Of a DNA stretch of 32,000 nt, positions 17,083 through 24,642 are shown piece by piece. Below the pieces are notes generated by a model. That model had not been told where the DNA came from, ran no database searches, and saw only the letters and a list, made by a program, of their open reading frames with translations. The first letter of the stretch is position 1, and every line of letters starts with the position of its first letter. Both the position numbers and the translations under genes were made by a program. This DNA is from Geotalea uraniireducens Rf4 (GTDB lineage Bacteria; Desulfobacterota; Desulfuromonadia; Geobacterales; Geobacteraceae): assembly GCF_000016745.1 (NCBI RefSeq), contig NC_009483.1, positions 4,140,001 to 4,172,000 on the forward strand, written 5' to 3'.

Positions 17083-17565
17083 CTACCGTTCTTCCTCCCG
17101 CCGGTAGACGCCGCTCTTGCCGCCTTCCTTGTAGAGGAGCGCCACCTGGCCGATGGTTATTCCCTTGTCGCTACCCTTGCACATATCGTAGACAGTGAGT
17201 GCTGCCACCGAGGCCGATACCATCGCCTCCATCTCCACTCCGGTCCGCTCGAAGGCCCGCACCGTCGCGGTCACGGCAATTTCGCCCGTTTCCGGATCGG
17301 TGGCGAATTCGACCGCCGCATGGTGGATGGCGAGCGGGTGGGAAAGGGGGATCAACTCCGGTGTTTTCTTCGCGGCGGCGATGCCGGCAAGCCGGGCAAC
17401 GCCGAGGACGTCCCCCTTGGTCATCCTTCCATCGAGGATGGCCTGCAAAGTCTCCGGCCGGAGGCGGACCACGGCCTGCGCCCTGGCGGTGCGCAGCGTC
17501 GGCTCCTTGCCGCTGACATCGACCATGATCGCCTGCCCCTGTTCGTCAAAGTGGTTGAATGACAT
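17083..17565 (-). CDS. moaC: cyclic pyranopterin monophosphate synthase MoaC
   Basis: 160 aa. Motifs MVDVSGK, LIPLSHPL, GVEMEAM and ALTVYDMCK are present. Confidence 0.95.
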   Translation of the reverse strand: MSFNHFDEQGQAIMVDVSGKEPTLRTARAQAVVRLRPETLQAILDGRMTKGDVLGVARLAGIAAAKKTPELIPLSHPLAIHHAAVEFATDPETGEIAVTATVRAFERTGVEMEAMVSASVAALTVYDMCKGSDKGITIGQVALLYKEGGKSGVYRREEER

Positions 17566-17586
17566 GTGTGGTGCTCCTTTGTCGCA

Positions 17587-17677
17587 GTTCTATGTTCTAT
17601 GTTCTATGTTCTATGTTCTATGTTCTATGTTCTATGTTTTTTAAACCTCGAACATAGAACCTAGAACGTAGAACAGC
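17587..17677. repeat. heptad-phased tandem/inverted repeat array (7 x GTTCTAT, then inverse-complement units)
   Basis: Seven perfect tandem GTTCTAT copies span 17587-17635. They are followed in the same 7-nt register by GTTTTTT AAACCTC GAACATA GAACCTA GAACGTA GAACAGC. The array lies in the intergenic gap between the moeA stop (17680) and the moaC SD (17571-17580). Confidence 0.9.
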
Positions 17678-17679
17678 CT

Positions 17680-18897
17680 TCATCCTTCCAGCATATCCAC
17701 GTCGCCGCGCAGCAGATGCACATCCACCTCTTCGCCGGCGGCAACCGCGGTCCTGTCCTTCGGCAACACTGCGATAGCGTTGGCCCTGACCATGGTCTTC
17801 AGGATGCCCGTGTTCTGGTCCCCGGAAATGGAAGCCCAATACCGGCCGTTTTCCACTTCGATCCTGACCCGCAGGAAATGCACCTTGCCCGGCTTCTTTC
17901 GCGCATCTTCGCGGAGGGTCGCCTTCACGTACGGCTTGATCACCCGCTTGTGCCCCATCATCCTGAGAAGCGCCGGCTTGGCGAATTCCTCGAAGGTGAC
18001 CATGGTGGAAACAGGGTTGCCCGGAAGGGAAAAGACCGGTTTCCCATCTTTCACCCCGAAGGCGGTGGGGCCTCCCGGCTTCATGTCCACCTTCCAGAAC
18101 AGCTGCCCGACCCCCAGCTCGGCAAGGCAGTCGCGCACCAGGTCCCGGTCTCCAGCCGAAACCCCGGCGGAGGTGATCAGAGCATCCGCCTTAAGCCCCT
18201 CGATCATCTTTTCCAGATGGCTTTCCCGGTTGTCACGGGCAATGCCGAGTATGATCGGTTCCGCGCCGATCTCCCGGATGGCCGCGGCCAGAGAAAGCGC
18301 ATTGCTGTTGATGATCCTGCCGTCCGCGGGCGGCTCCCCCAACTCGATCAGTTCGTCACCAGTGGAGAGGACCGCCACCCGCGCCCGGCGAAAGACCGGT
18401 ACGACCGCCTTGCCGAAGGAGGCCAGCATGCTGATTTCCGGCGGATGAATGACCGTGCCTGCCGTAATGATCGTCTCGCCACGGCAAACGTCCATCCCCC
18501 GGAAGCGGATGTGCTGACGCGGGGTCACTTTCTCCTTCAAGAAAACAGCGCCGTCGCGCTCCTCCGTTTCCTCTACTGGGACCACCGCGTCGCAGTCAGC
18601 GGGAATGGGGGCGCCGGTCATGATCCTGACGGCGCTGCCGGGCTCGATCGCCGGAGTTACGGCCCCGCCAGCGGGGATGTAGCCGGTGACTTTCAGGGTA
18701 CAATTCCCTTCCAGGCAGTCGGAAGTCCGCACCGCAAAGCCGTCCATAGCCGAATTGTCATAGAACGGCATGTCCCAGGGCGCCGTTACATCTTCCGCAA
18801 TGACCCGGCCGAGGGCCGACAGTAGATCGACCCGCTCAACGCCTAGGGGGGCAACGCTGTTGATGATAATGCTGCGCGCATCTTCAAAGCTGGGCAT
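17680..18897 (-). CDS. moeA: molybdopterin molybdo/tungsto-transferase MoeA
   Basis: 405 aa. Motifs NSAMDGFAV, RIMTGAP, STGDEL, ITSAGVSAGD and LPGNPVS are present. Confidence 0.93.
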   Translation of the reverse strand: MPSFEDARSIIINSVAPLGVERVDLLSALGRVIAEDVTAPWDMPFYDNSAMDGFAVRTSDCLEGNCTLKVTGYIPAGGAVTPAIEPGSAVRIMTGAPIPADCDAVVPVEETEERDGAVFLKEKVTPRQHIRFRGMDVCRGETIITAGTVIHPPEISMLASFGKAVVPVFRRARVAVLSTGDELIELGEPPADGRIINSNALSLAAAIREIGAEPIILGIARDNRESHLEKMIEGLKADALITSAGVSAGDRDLVRDCLAELGVGQLFWKVDMKPGGPTAFGVKDGKPVFSLPGNPVSTMVTFEEFAKPALLRMMGHKRVIKPYVKATLREDARKKPGKVHFLRVRIEVENGRYWASISGDQNTGILKTMVRANAIAVLPKDRTAVAAGEEVDVHLLRGDVDMLEG

Positions 18898-18944
18898 GAA
18901 GAATCTTCTCCTTTATTTCAAACGAAACTGTTCTGCCATGCACA

Positions 18945-20042
18945 TCATTTCCCGGCACGGATCAGATGAACGGCAGTGGCCTTGAACGAGACAAAAACCC
19001 GCTTCCCCTCGTCAAGGTGCAGATTGCCGAGGGATTGATTAGTCAGGTACGCAACCAGGGAAAAACCGCAGTCCAGGTGAATCTTTTGGAATACCCCGGT
19101 CGGAATGATTTTTCTGATGGTTGCGGGAAAGACGTTCCTGGCGCTGGTCTCGCCGGCCGGGTCAAAAATATCGATGGTCACGTGCTCGGGCCGGATGCAG
19201 AAGACGGCTGTCTCGCCCGCGGCAGCAGTGCCGGGGAACTCGATGCGGCGCTCTGCCAGGGCCACGGTGACCAGGCCGGCGGCGGTTGCAAGTACCGTCC
19301 CGGTCAGGACGTTCTCCATGCCGACGAAAGAGGCCACGAACTCGTCCACCGGCTGGTTCATCACCTCGACCGGCGTGCCGCTCTGGACGATCTCCCCCTG
19401 ATTCATGACCACCATCCGGTCCGACAGCCGCAGAGCCTCCAACTGGTCGTGGGTCGCCAGCACCGCCGCTGTGCCGGTCTCCGTCAGTATCCGGTCCAGA
19501 TCGTCCATAAGCGCCTGGCGTGTGGGTGGGTCGAGGGCGACGAACGGCTCATCGAGAAAGATCATCTCCGGCCGAATGGCAAAGGCCCGCGCCAGGCTGG
19601 TCCGCTGGGCTTCGCCACCGGAAAGCTTGCGGGCCGAGCGTTCTGCCAGGTTGACCATGTTGAACAGCTCCATGGTCGCCATGACCCGGCTCCTGACCTC
19701 CTGCCTGCTCAGCCCGCGAATCTTCAACCCGGCAGCCACGTTATCAAAGACCGTGGCATCGAACAGGAGCGGCTGTTGAAAGACCATGGCCAGCCGCCGG
19801 CGATAGGCAAAGGTCGCCCGATCGGAAACGATTGGCTCCCCCTGGCAGCGCAAGGTCCCCGTAGCGGCAGGAATCAGGCGGGCCAGGGCCAGCAGCAGGG
19901 TCGACTTGCCGGCGCCATTGGGGCCGATGAGTGACAGTACCTCGTTTTCATGCAGTGTGAAAGAGGGAATGGCGAGCACCCGCACCCCGCCACGACAGAC
20001 CTCCAGATCCTGTACGTCGAGAAAGCTTGCAGCAGCGCTCAT
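18945..20042 (-). CDS. tupC: ABC transporter ATP-binding protein with C-terminal TOBE/Mop-like domain (tungstate/molybdate type)
   Basis: It carries GPNGAGKST, LSGGEAQR and IFLDEP, plus a C-terminal beta-rich domain. It overlaps the permease gene by 4 nt. Confidence 0.8.
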   Translation of the reverse strand: MSAAASFLDVQDLEVCRGGVRVLAIPSFTLHENEVLSLIGPNGAGKSTLLLALARLIPAATGTLRCQGEPIVSDRATFAYRRRLAMVFQQPLLFDATVFDNVAAGLKIRGLSRQEVRSRVMATMELFNMVNLAERSARKLSGGEAQRTSLARAFAIRPEMIFLDEPFVALDPPTRQALMDDLDRILTETGTAAVLATHDQLEALRLSDRMVVMNQGEIVQSGTPVEVMNQPVDEFVASFVGMENVLTGTVLATAAGLVTVALAERRIEFPGTAAAGETAVFCIRPEHVTIDIFDPAGETSARNVFPATIRKIIPTGVFQKIHLDCGFSLVAYLTNQSLGNLHLDEGKRVFVSFKATAVHLIRAGK

Positions 20043-20737
20043 CGCGGCCGCTCCCGCTGCTGGATCCGGGTGAGGACGTAGTTGATGACAAAACTGAGCA
20101 GGAGCAGGATGATGCTGAGCGCAATGGCGATATCGAAATTGCCGCGGCTCGTCTCCATGACCGTTGCCGTAGTCAGGACCCGCGTGTACCCTTTGATGTT
20201 CCCGCCGACCATGATCGACGCGCCCACCTCGGAGATGACACCGCCGAAGCCGGCCATGACGCCTGCCAGGAGGGGAAGGCGCGCCTCTTTGATAAGTATC
20301 CGGACCATCTGCAGGCGGGTAGCGCCGAGCGCCAGGATCTGCAGCCTGAGGTTTGCCGGCAGGTTCTGGATGGAGGCGACCGTAATGCCGGTTACGATGG
20401 GTGTCGCGATCACTGCCTGGGCAATGATCATGGCGGTCGGCGTGTAGAGTATCTCCAGAAATCCGAATGGTCCGTTGCGCCAGAGGAAGATGGTGACGAA
20501 AAGCCCGACCACCACCGGCGGCAGTCCCATCCCCGTATTGACGATGCTCACCATGAGACGTTTGCCGGGGAAATCGGCCAGCGCCAGCAGGGTGCCGGAT
20601 AAAATGCCGAGCACCAGGCTGATGATGGTGGCAGTAACGGAAACCTTGAGCGACAGTAGCGTTATCGCCAACACTTCCTGGTCAAGGGAAGCAAGCAGTG
20701 CAACGGCCTTGGCAATTCCTTCGGCAAGCAGCTCCAT
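20039..20737 (-). CDS. tupB: ABC transporter permease (tungstate/molybdate type)
   Basis: 232 aa, polytopic, with an EAA-like loop (ALGATRLQMVRILIKEARLPLLAG). Confidence 0.8.
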   Translation of the reverse strand: MELLAEGIAKAVALLASLDQEVLAITLLSLKVSVTATIISLVLGILSGTLLALADFPGKRLMVSIVNTGMGLPPVVVGLFVTIFLWRNGPFGFLEILYTPTAMIIAQAVIATPIVTGITVASIQNLPANLRLQILALGATRLQMVRILIKEARLPLLAGVMAGFGGVISEVGASIMVGGNIKGYTRVLTTATVMETSRGNFDIAIALSIILLLLSFVINYVLTRIQQRERPR

Positions 20738-21594
20738 TACAGTCCCAGTGTTTCAGGTTTTTTACCGGCATCCGGGAAAAAGAGGGGCGAACCGAACTTT
20801 TCCACGCCGAATTTGCCGATGAGTTCCTGGACCTTGCGGGAAACCATGAAATCGGCAAAGGCCTTGCCGCCGGCCGCATTGATCTTGGGCCACTTGGCAG
20901 GATTCAGCTCGATCACGTGGTAGACATTGAGCAGCTTGGCGTCCCCCTCCACGAGGATCGCCAGCCCCAGGTTCTTCCTGATGGACAGGTAGGTCCCGCG
21001 GTCGGCCAGGGTGTACCCCTTTTTCTCGGCAGCCACATTGAGGGTATCCCCCATGCCGAGCCCGGTCTGCTGGTACCATTTCTGCCCGTCGGGGGTGATG
21101 CCGGCCGTTTTCCACAGCTTCTTCTCCTTGGCGTGGGTGCCGGAATTGTCCCCGCGCGACAGGAACAGGCTGCCGGACTGGGCGATTCTCTTCAAGGCGT
21201 CGGCGGAAGTTTTCGCGCCGCGGATTTTAGCCGGGTCGCTTGCCGGCCCGACGATGATGAAGTCGTTGTGCATAACCAGCCGCCGGGTGACGCCGAACCC
21301 TTCGGCCATGAATTTCTTTTCGTCATCGGGCGAGTGAACCAGCAGCACATCGGCCTCACCCTTCTTCCCCATGGCCATGGCCTGCCCGGAACCGACGGCG
21401 ATGGTTTTGACGAAATAGCCGCTCTCCTTTTCGAATATCGGGATCAGGACGTCCAGAAGCCCTGAATCCTGGGTGCTGGTGGTGGTGGCGAGGATGACCG
21501 ATTTGGGTGCTGCGGATGCCGGGGTCGGCAAGCCAAAGGCGATGCAAGCAGTCACCGCTGCCAGCAATAATGAGAACTGTTTCCAAATTTTCAT
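20737..21594 (-). CDS. tupA: tungstate-binding periplasmic protein TupA-like
   Basis: Start trimmed to the ATG at 21594, after an AAGGAGG SD. The signal peptide is MKIWKQFSLLLAAVTACIAFGLPTPASA. LATTTSTQDSGLLD contains the TTTS motif I associate with TupA rather than ModA. Confidence 0.8.
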   Translation of the reverse strand: MKIWKQFSLLLAAVTACIAFGLPTPASAAPKSVILATTTSTQDSGLLDVLIPIFEKESGYFVKTIAVGSGQAMAMGKKGEADVLLVHSPDDEKKFMAEGFGVTRRLVMHNDFIIVGPASDPAKIRGAKTSADALKRIAQSGSLFLSRGDNSGTHAKEKKLWKTAGITPDGQKWYQQTGLGMGDTLNVAAEKKGYTLADRGTYLSIRKNLGLAILVEGDAKLLNVYHVIELNPAKWPKINAAGGKAFADFMVSRKVQELIGKFGVEKFGSPLFFPDAGKKPETLGL

Positions 21595-21717
21595 TCGTTC
21601 CTCCTTGTGCATCAAATTGAATTGTATGCCGTAGGCCTGACTCTCTTCTTCAGGCATTACCGTTATTTTACCAGATTATCTTGCCACTCTCGGGAATTCG
21701 GGGAAAAAAGCGGGCCG

Positions 21718-22101
21718 TCAAGGATGAAACATTTCCTGCTTCTTGATCGTGGCCATCTTTTTCAGGCGGCTGATCCCGTACTTGCAGGCTTCGAAGGCGT
21801 CTTCGCTGTTGGGTGAGCTTGCCGCCACCAGGGAGATGATGTCTCCCACCCCCAGACAGCCGGTCCTTCTGATCAGCAGCACGTCCTCAATCTCCCATTT
21901 TTCCTTCAGTTCCCCCGAAATAATCCCCAACTCGGCCTTGGTGTCGCCTTCCGAGCGATAATCGATACATGATGTGGCTTTGCCGACGCCGATATCCTCT
22001 TTGACCACTGCGTAATGAAGAACGACCGATCCCGACCTGCTCTTTTCGATCAACCCGTAGGCTTCCGATGGATTGATGGGTTCTGTTGACACTATGACCA
22101 T
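21718..22101 (-). CDS. moaE: MoaE-like molybdopterin synthase catalytic subunit
   Basis: 127 aa. GSVVLHYAVVK, the LLIRRTGCLGVGDIISLVAASSPNSEDAFEAC pattern, and a C-terminal K...IKKQE fit the MoaE fold. It is shorter than typical MoaE. Confidence 0.75.
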   Translation of the reverse strand: MVIVSTEPINPSEAYGLIEKSRSGSVVLHYAVVKEDIGVGKATSCIDYRSEGDTKAELGIISGELKEKWEIEDVLLIRRTGCLGVGDIISLVAASSPNSEDAFEACKYGISRLKKMATIKKQEMFHP

Positions 22102-22147
22102 TGCTTATTTCCTTCCTTGTCATCATGCGGAATTGGGCGAAACAATG

Positions 22148-22182
22148 AAAAAGGGGCCTCCTTGTCCGAATAAGGAGGCCCC
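22148..22182 (-). terminator. riboswitch expression-platform terminator
   Basis: The minus-strand RNA reads GGGGCCUCCUU-AUUCGGAC-AAGGAGGCCCC followed by UUUUUC. The stem is a perfect 11 bp, and it lies 46 nt before the moaE-like start. Confidence 0.85.
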
Positions 22183-22204
22183 TGAACGTTTTGCAACGCT
22201 GCGG

Positions 22205-22303
22205 TTTCTCCTTTCCAAAAGGGAGGCGCTGCCGTTTCCGGCAGAACCCATAGGCCGTGCGCCATCAGGTACAAACCTTTTAGGCGCTACAGCTCGGAGA
22301 GCG
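22205..22303 (-). promoter_or_regulatory. Moco/Tuco-type riboswitch aptamer (copy 2)
   Basis: The minus-strand RNA reads GCUCUCCGAGCUGUAGCGCC...GGCGCACGGCCUAUGGGUUCUGCCGGAAACGGCAGCGCCUCCCUUUUGGAAAGGAGAAA. It lies upstream of moaE-tupABC-moeA-moaC-moaB. Confidence 0.85.
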
Positions 22304-22347
22304 TCAGTTTCCCGTCCGGGTTCAGCGGATGGATACTGACATGTGGG

Positions 22348-22375
22348 ATTATGCAGTCTTTTTGAGGGAAGTCAA
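22348..22375 (-). promoter_or_regulatory. sigma-70-like promoter TTGACT-16-CATAAT
   Basis: Read on the minus strand, it lies about 45-50 nt upstream of the riboswitch copy 2 P1 stem. Confidence 0.5.
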
Positions 22376-22413
22376 GAAATTCTCGACACGACAGAGTATA
22401 CGTTTTTCTGCTG

Positions 22414-23211
22414 TCAGCTATAGCCGAGGCGGGCGGAAACTTCAGCGGCGCCGGTCCTGACCAGTGGAACCAGCTCTCCAGCAATGCGCTCTGCGGTAAA
22501 ACGCATGACCGGTCCGGAAATGCTGAGCGCTCCGACAACTCTCTTGGTATAGTCGCGAATGGGCGCGCTGATGCACCTGACACCCACGTCAAGCTCTTCA
22601 TCGTCAATGGCGTATCCCTGCGCCACCACTTGCAGGAGTTGCCTCTGCAACTCCTCCCGGTTGACAATGGTGTGCGGGGTGCAACGCTCCAATTCACTGG
22701 CAGGAAGGTGCTGCACCAGCTCCTCGGCTGCCATGGCGGCGAGATGCACCTTGCCCGCAGCAGTGCAGTATGCGGGGAGCCGCGCCCCGACCCGTGGGAC
22801 CACCCGGACGGGCAAATCGGATTCAACCGCGTCCAGATAAATGATATGTGCATCCTGTAGCAGCGCCACATAACTGGTTTCATGGCAGTGAGCCGTCAGC
22901 GTTTCCAGTACCGGCTTGGCCTGGCGCAACAGCCCCATCTGCCTGATCATGGTCTGCCCCAGTTCCAGGTTTTTCAGACCGAGGCGATAGCTGCCCGTGG
23001 ACCGGTTCTGCTCGATATAGTTATGCGACTCAAGGGTAGCCAGCAACCTGAATACATTGTTCTTGTGGAGATCCAGGCGTTTGGAGAGCTCGGTGACGCC
23101 AAGCTCCACCACGTCGCCATGGAACTGCTCCAGGAGGTCAAGGGCATGGATAACGGTCTGAATGATATAACTCGACTTCTCTTTTTTCATTATGGTTCTA
23201 ATGGTAGTCAT
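22414..23211 (-). CDS. IclR family transcriptional regulator
   Basis: 265 aa. It has an N-terminal wHTH (VTELSKRLDLHKNNVFRLLATLE) and a C-terminal IclR effector domain (GVRCISAPIRD). The start overlaps the upstream ORF by 4 nt. Confidence 0.92.
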   Translation of the reverse strand: MTTIRTIMKKEKSSYIIQTVIHALDLLEQFHGDVVELGVTELSKRLDLHKNNVFRLLATLESHNYIEQNRSTGSYRLGLKNLELGQTMIRQMGLLRQAKPVLETLTAHCHETSYVALLQDAHIIYLDAVESDLPVRVVPRVGARLPAYCTAAGKVHLAAMAAEELVQHLPASELERCTPHTIVNREELQRQLLQVVAQGYAIDDEELDVGVRCISAPIRDYTKRVVGALSISGPVMRFTAERIAGELVPLVRTGAAEVSARLGYS

Positions 23212-23849
23212 ACCTCGATTTCATGGAAATTAACGGCCAGACATACCGTTGCGCCGGGGGGAAAGAGCTCCCCGCTCTGCAACAGGGCTGGCCCAACCGC
23301 TCTGCCGTTGAGGAATGCCTTAGCGCACCCCTGCCAGAAGGAAGCTGGTTTGCCGGCAAAAAAATCCGTCAGCTCGGACGGGCCCAGAATCATGCCGCGT
23401 CGGAGAAAGTCCGGTCCAAGCTCGGGAAGGAGGAGGTTGAAGAGCTTGACGCGGACCGTGGCGATCCGGTCAGGTACGTCGGCAGCGGTTTCCTGGTAGG
23501 TGATCCCGCCGCGCATGGCGGCGTAATACCCGCCGCGCCGCATGGTGGCCCCGACCAGCCCCGGCATCGCCCCGGAAAGGGCGATAACTGCCCCTTCCCT
23601 GATGACCGCCCTGTTCACGTCGTCTATGGGACGGCTGTCGAGAAAGATCGTTGTGATCCGCCGCGCCACGTAATCGGGAGAAAGGCCCCATTGAAGGCTC
23701 AGAAGCTTATCCAGGGTGCAGCCGACGCGGGCCACGACGCCGAAGCCCTGTTGCAGTATCGGTAAGAACTCCCCAAACTGGTCGGATTTCATTTCCAGAT
23801 CGAGGTATGTATGGGAAACCTCTGTCAGCTGTTCATCCTCTTTAGACAC
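23208..23849 (-). CDS. 213-aa hypothetical protein (no family recognised)
   Basis: The ORF has a GTG start and is tightly packed between the MoaD-like gene (21-nt gap) and IclR (4-nt overlap). Its composition looks like a real protein. Two segments weakly resemble ThiS/MoaD-type beta-grasp C-termini (IFLDSRPIDDVNRAVIREGAVIALSGAMPG; FLNGRAVGPALLQSGELFPPGATVCL). Confidence 0.65.
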   Translation of the reverse strand: MSKEDEQLTEVSHTYLDLEMKSDQFGEFLPILQQGFGVVARVGCTLDKLLSLQWGLSPDYVARRITTIFLDSRPIDDVNRAVIREGAVIALSGAMPGLVGATMRRGGYYAAMRGGITYQETAADVPDRIATVRVKLFNLLLPELGPDFLRRGMILGPSELTDFFAGKPASFWQGCAKAFLNGRAVGPALLQSGELFPPGATVCLAVNFHEIEV

Positions 23850-23870
23850 GTCTACACCCCGTTGTGCTCC

Positions 23871-24116
23871 CTACCCCCCGCCGATGGGGGGGAACATGGC
23901 GACCCGGTCATCGGCACGCAGGACCGACTCTTCCGGCTCGTGGTGGTTGTTGACCATAACGAGCAGCGGAATGGCCGGGTCTATACCCAACATATCCCGT
24001 AGCGCGCGAATCGTCGTCCCGGATGGGACTTCCAGGCGGAACCCCGTTTCCCCGCAGCAGGGAAGATCCGGGTTGGCGCAGCGCAACCCGGCAAAGAGCG
24101 CGATATCCAGTTCCAT
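23871..24116 (-). CDS. moaD: MoaD/ThiS-family sulfur-carrier protein
   Basis: 81 aa ending in MFPPIGGG (C-terminal Gly-Gly). The pattern VNNHHEPEESVLRADDRVAMFPP is typical of MoaD. Confidence 0.85.
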   Translation of the reverse strand: MELDIALFAGLRCANPDLPCCGETGFRLEVPSGTTIRALRDMLGIDPAIPLLVMVNNHHEPEESVLRADDRVAMFPPIGGG

Positions 24117-24146
24117 GGCACTACTCCCATTTAAATCCGCATATCT

Positions 24147-24365
24147 TCACAGGTCGCAGGGAAGGTGAATCAGTTCGCAGCTGCGACACTTTCCATACCG
24201 GGCCGGGAGAAAAAGAACATTGACCGAGAGACATTTTTTGCACTGCCAGAACTTGAAGTCCGAGACCTCCCGACCGGCAAGTTGGCTGAAATACCAGCGA
24301 TAGTAGGAATCCCAGTCATACTCCGGGCGTTGCTCGGCTTTTTCCACCAGTTGTTCCAGCAGCAT
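24147..24365 (-). CDS. 72-aa Cys-rich (CxxC...CxxC, zinc-ribbon-like) hypothetical protein
   Basis: Translation: MLLEQLVEKAEQRPEYDWDSYYRWYFSQLAGREVSDFKFWQCKKCLSVNVLFLPARYGKCRSCELIHLPCDL. The SD is a G-run (rc of C8 at 24368-24375). Confidence 0.55.
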   Translation of the reverse strand: MLLEQLVEKAEQRPEYDWDSYYRWYFSQLAGREVSDFKFWQCKKCLSVNVLFLPARYGKCRSCELIHLPCDL

Positions 24366-24395
24366 GTCCCCCCCCTGATCGGCCCATTAAAACGA

Positions 24396-24412
24396 CGGGG
24401 CGAAATGCCCCG
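24396..24412 (-). terminator. short GC hairpin with U-rich tail, candidate attenuating terminator after AOR
   Basis: The minus-strand RNA reads CGGGGC-AUUUC-GCCCCG followed by UCGUUUUAAU. The stem is only 6 bp. Confidence 0.4.
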
Positions 24413-24470
24413 CCTGATCCAGCATACTGCCAAGGCGTTCAGATTTGCGTCAGGTCGGCCCCGCCCGCAG

Positions 24471-24481
24471 CCCCCCCCCCC
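24471..24481. repeat. homopolymeric C11 tract (G11 on the coding strand)
   Basis: Read directly from the sequence. It is intergenic, between AOR and the 72-aa ORF. Confidence 0.9.
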
Positions 24482-24508
24482 GCGGAGGCCCCTCACCCGG
24501 CCTTCGGC

Positions 24509-24567
24509 CACCCTCTCCCATGAAGGGAGAGGGTGAACTGTATTCCTTCCCCCTTTGGGGGAGGGAT
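24509..24567. repeat. REP-like GC-rich palindromic units
   Basis: CACCCTCTCCC-ATGAA-GGGAGAGGGTG has a perfect 11-bp stem. It is followed by CCTTCCCCC-TTT-GGGGGAGGG. This resembles the intergenic palindromic filler common in GC-rich genomes. Confidence 0.5.
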
Positions 24568-24642
24568 AAGGAGAGGGACGCTACGCCGCACAAGGCGGGG
24601 TCCGAGGACGGGACCGAGATGGCGTAAATATGGACGCCTATA

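Noticed and set aside
17587-17677. A possible CRISPR array or coding repeat.
   Set aside because: The units are only 7 nt with no spacers, and no cas genes are nearby. The element is intergenic, so this is a microsatellite or hairpin element rather than a CRISPR array.
18925-18940. Sigma-54-like TGGCAG-N5-TTTCG (minus strand) between tupC and moeA.
   Set aside because: The -12 element lacks the near-invariant GC dinucleotide. A similar near-miss on the plus strand at about 16422-16436 (TGGCAG...TTCA) has no downstream gene.
22287-22883. 198-aa minus-strand ORF overlapping the IclR gene and the riboswitch promoter region.
   Set aside because: It is an alternative frame of a clearly recognisable IclR gene. 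Its translation is W/R/S/P-rich with no motifs.
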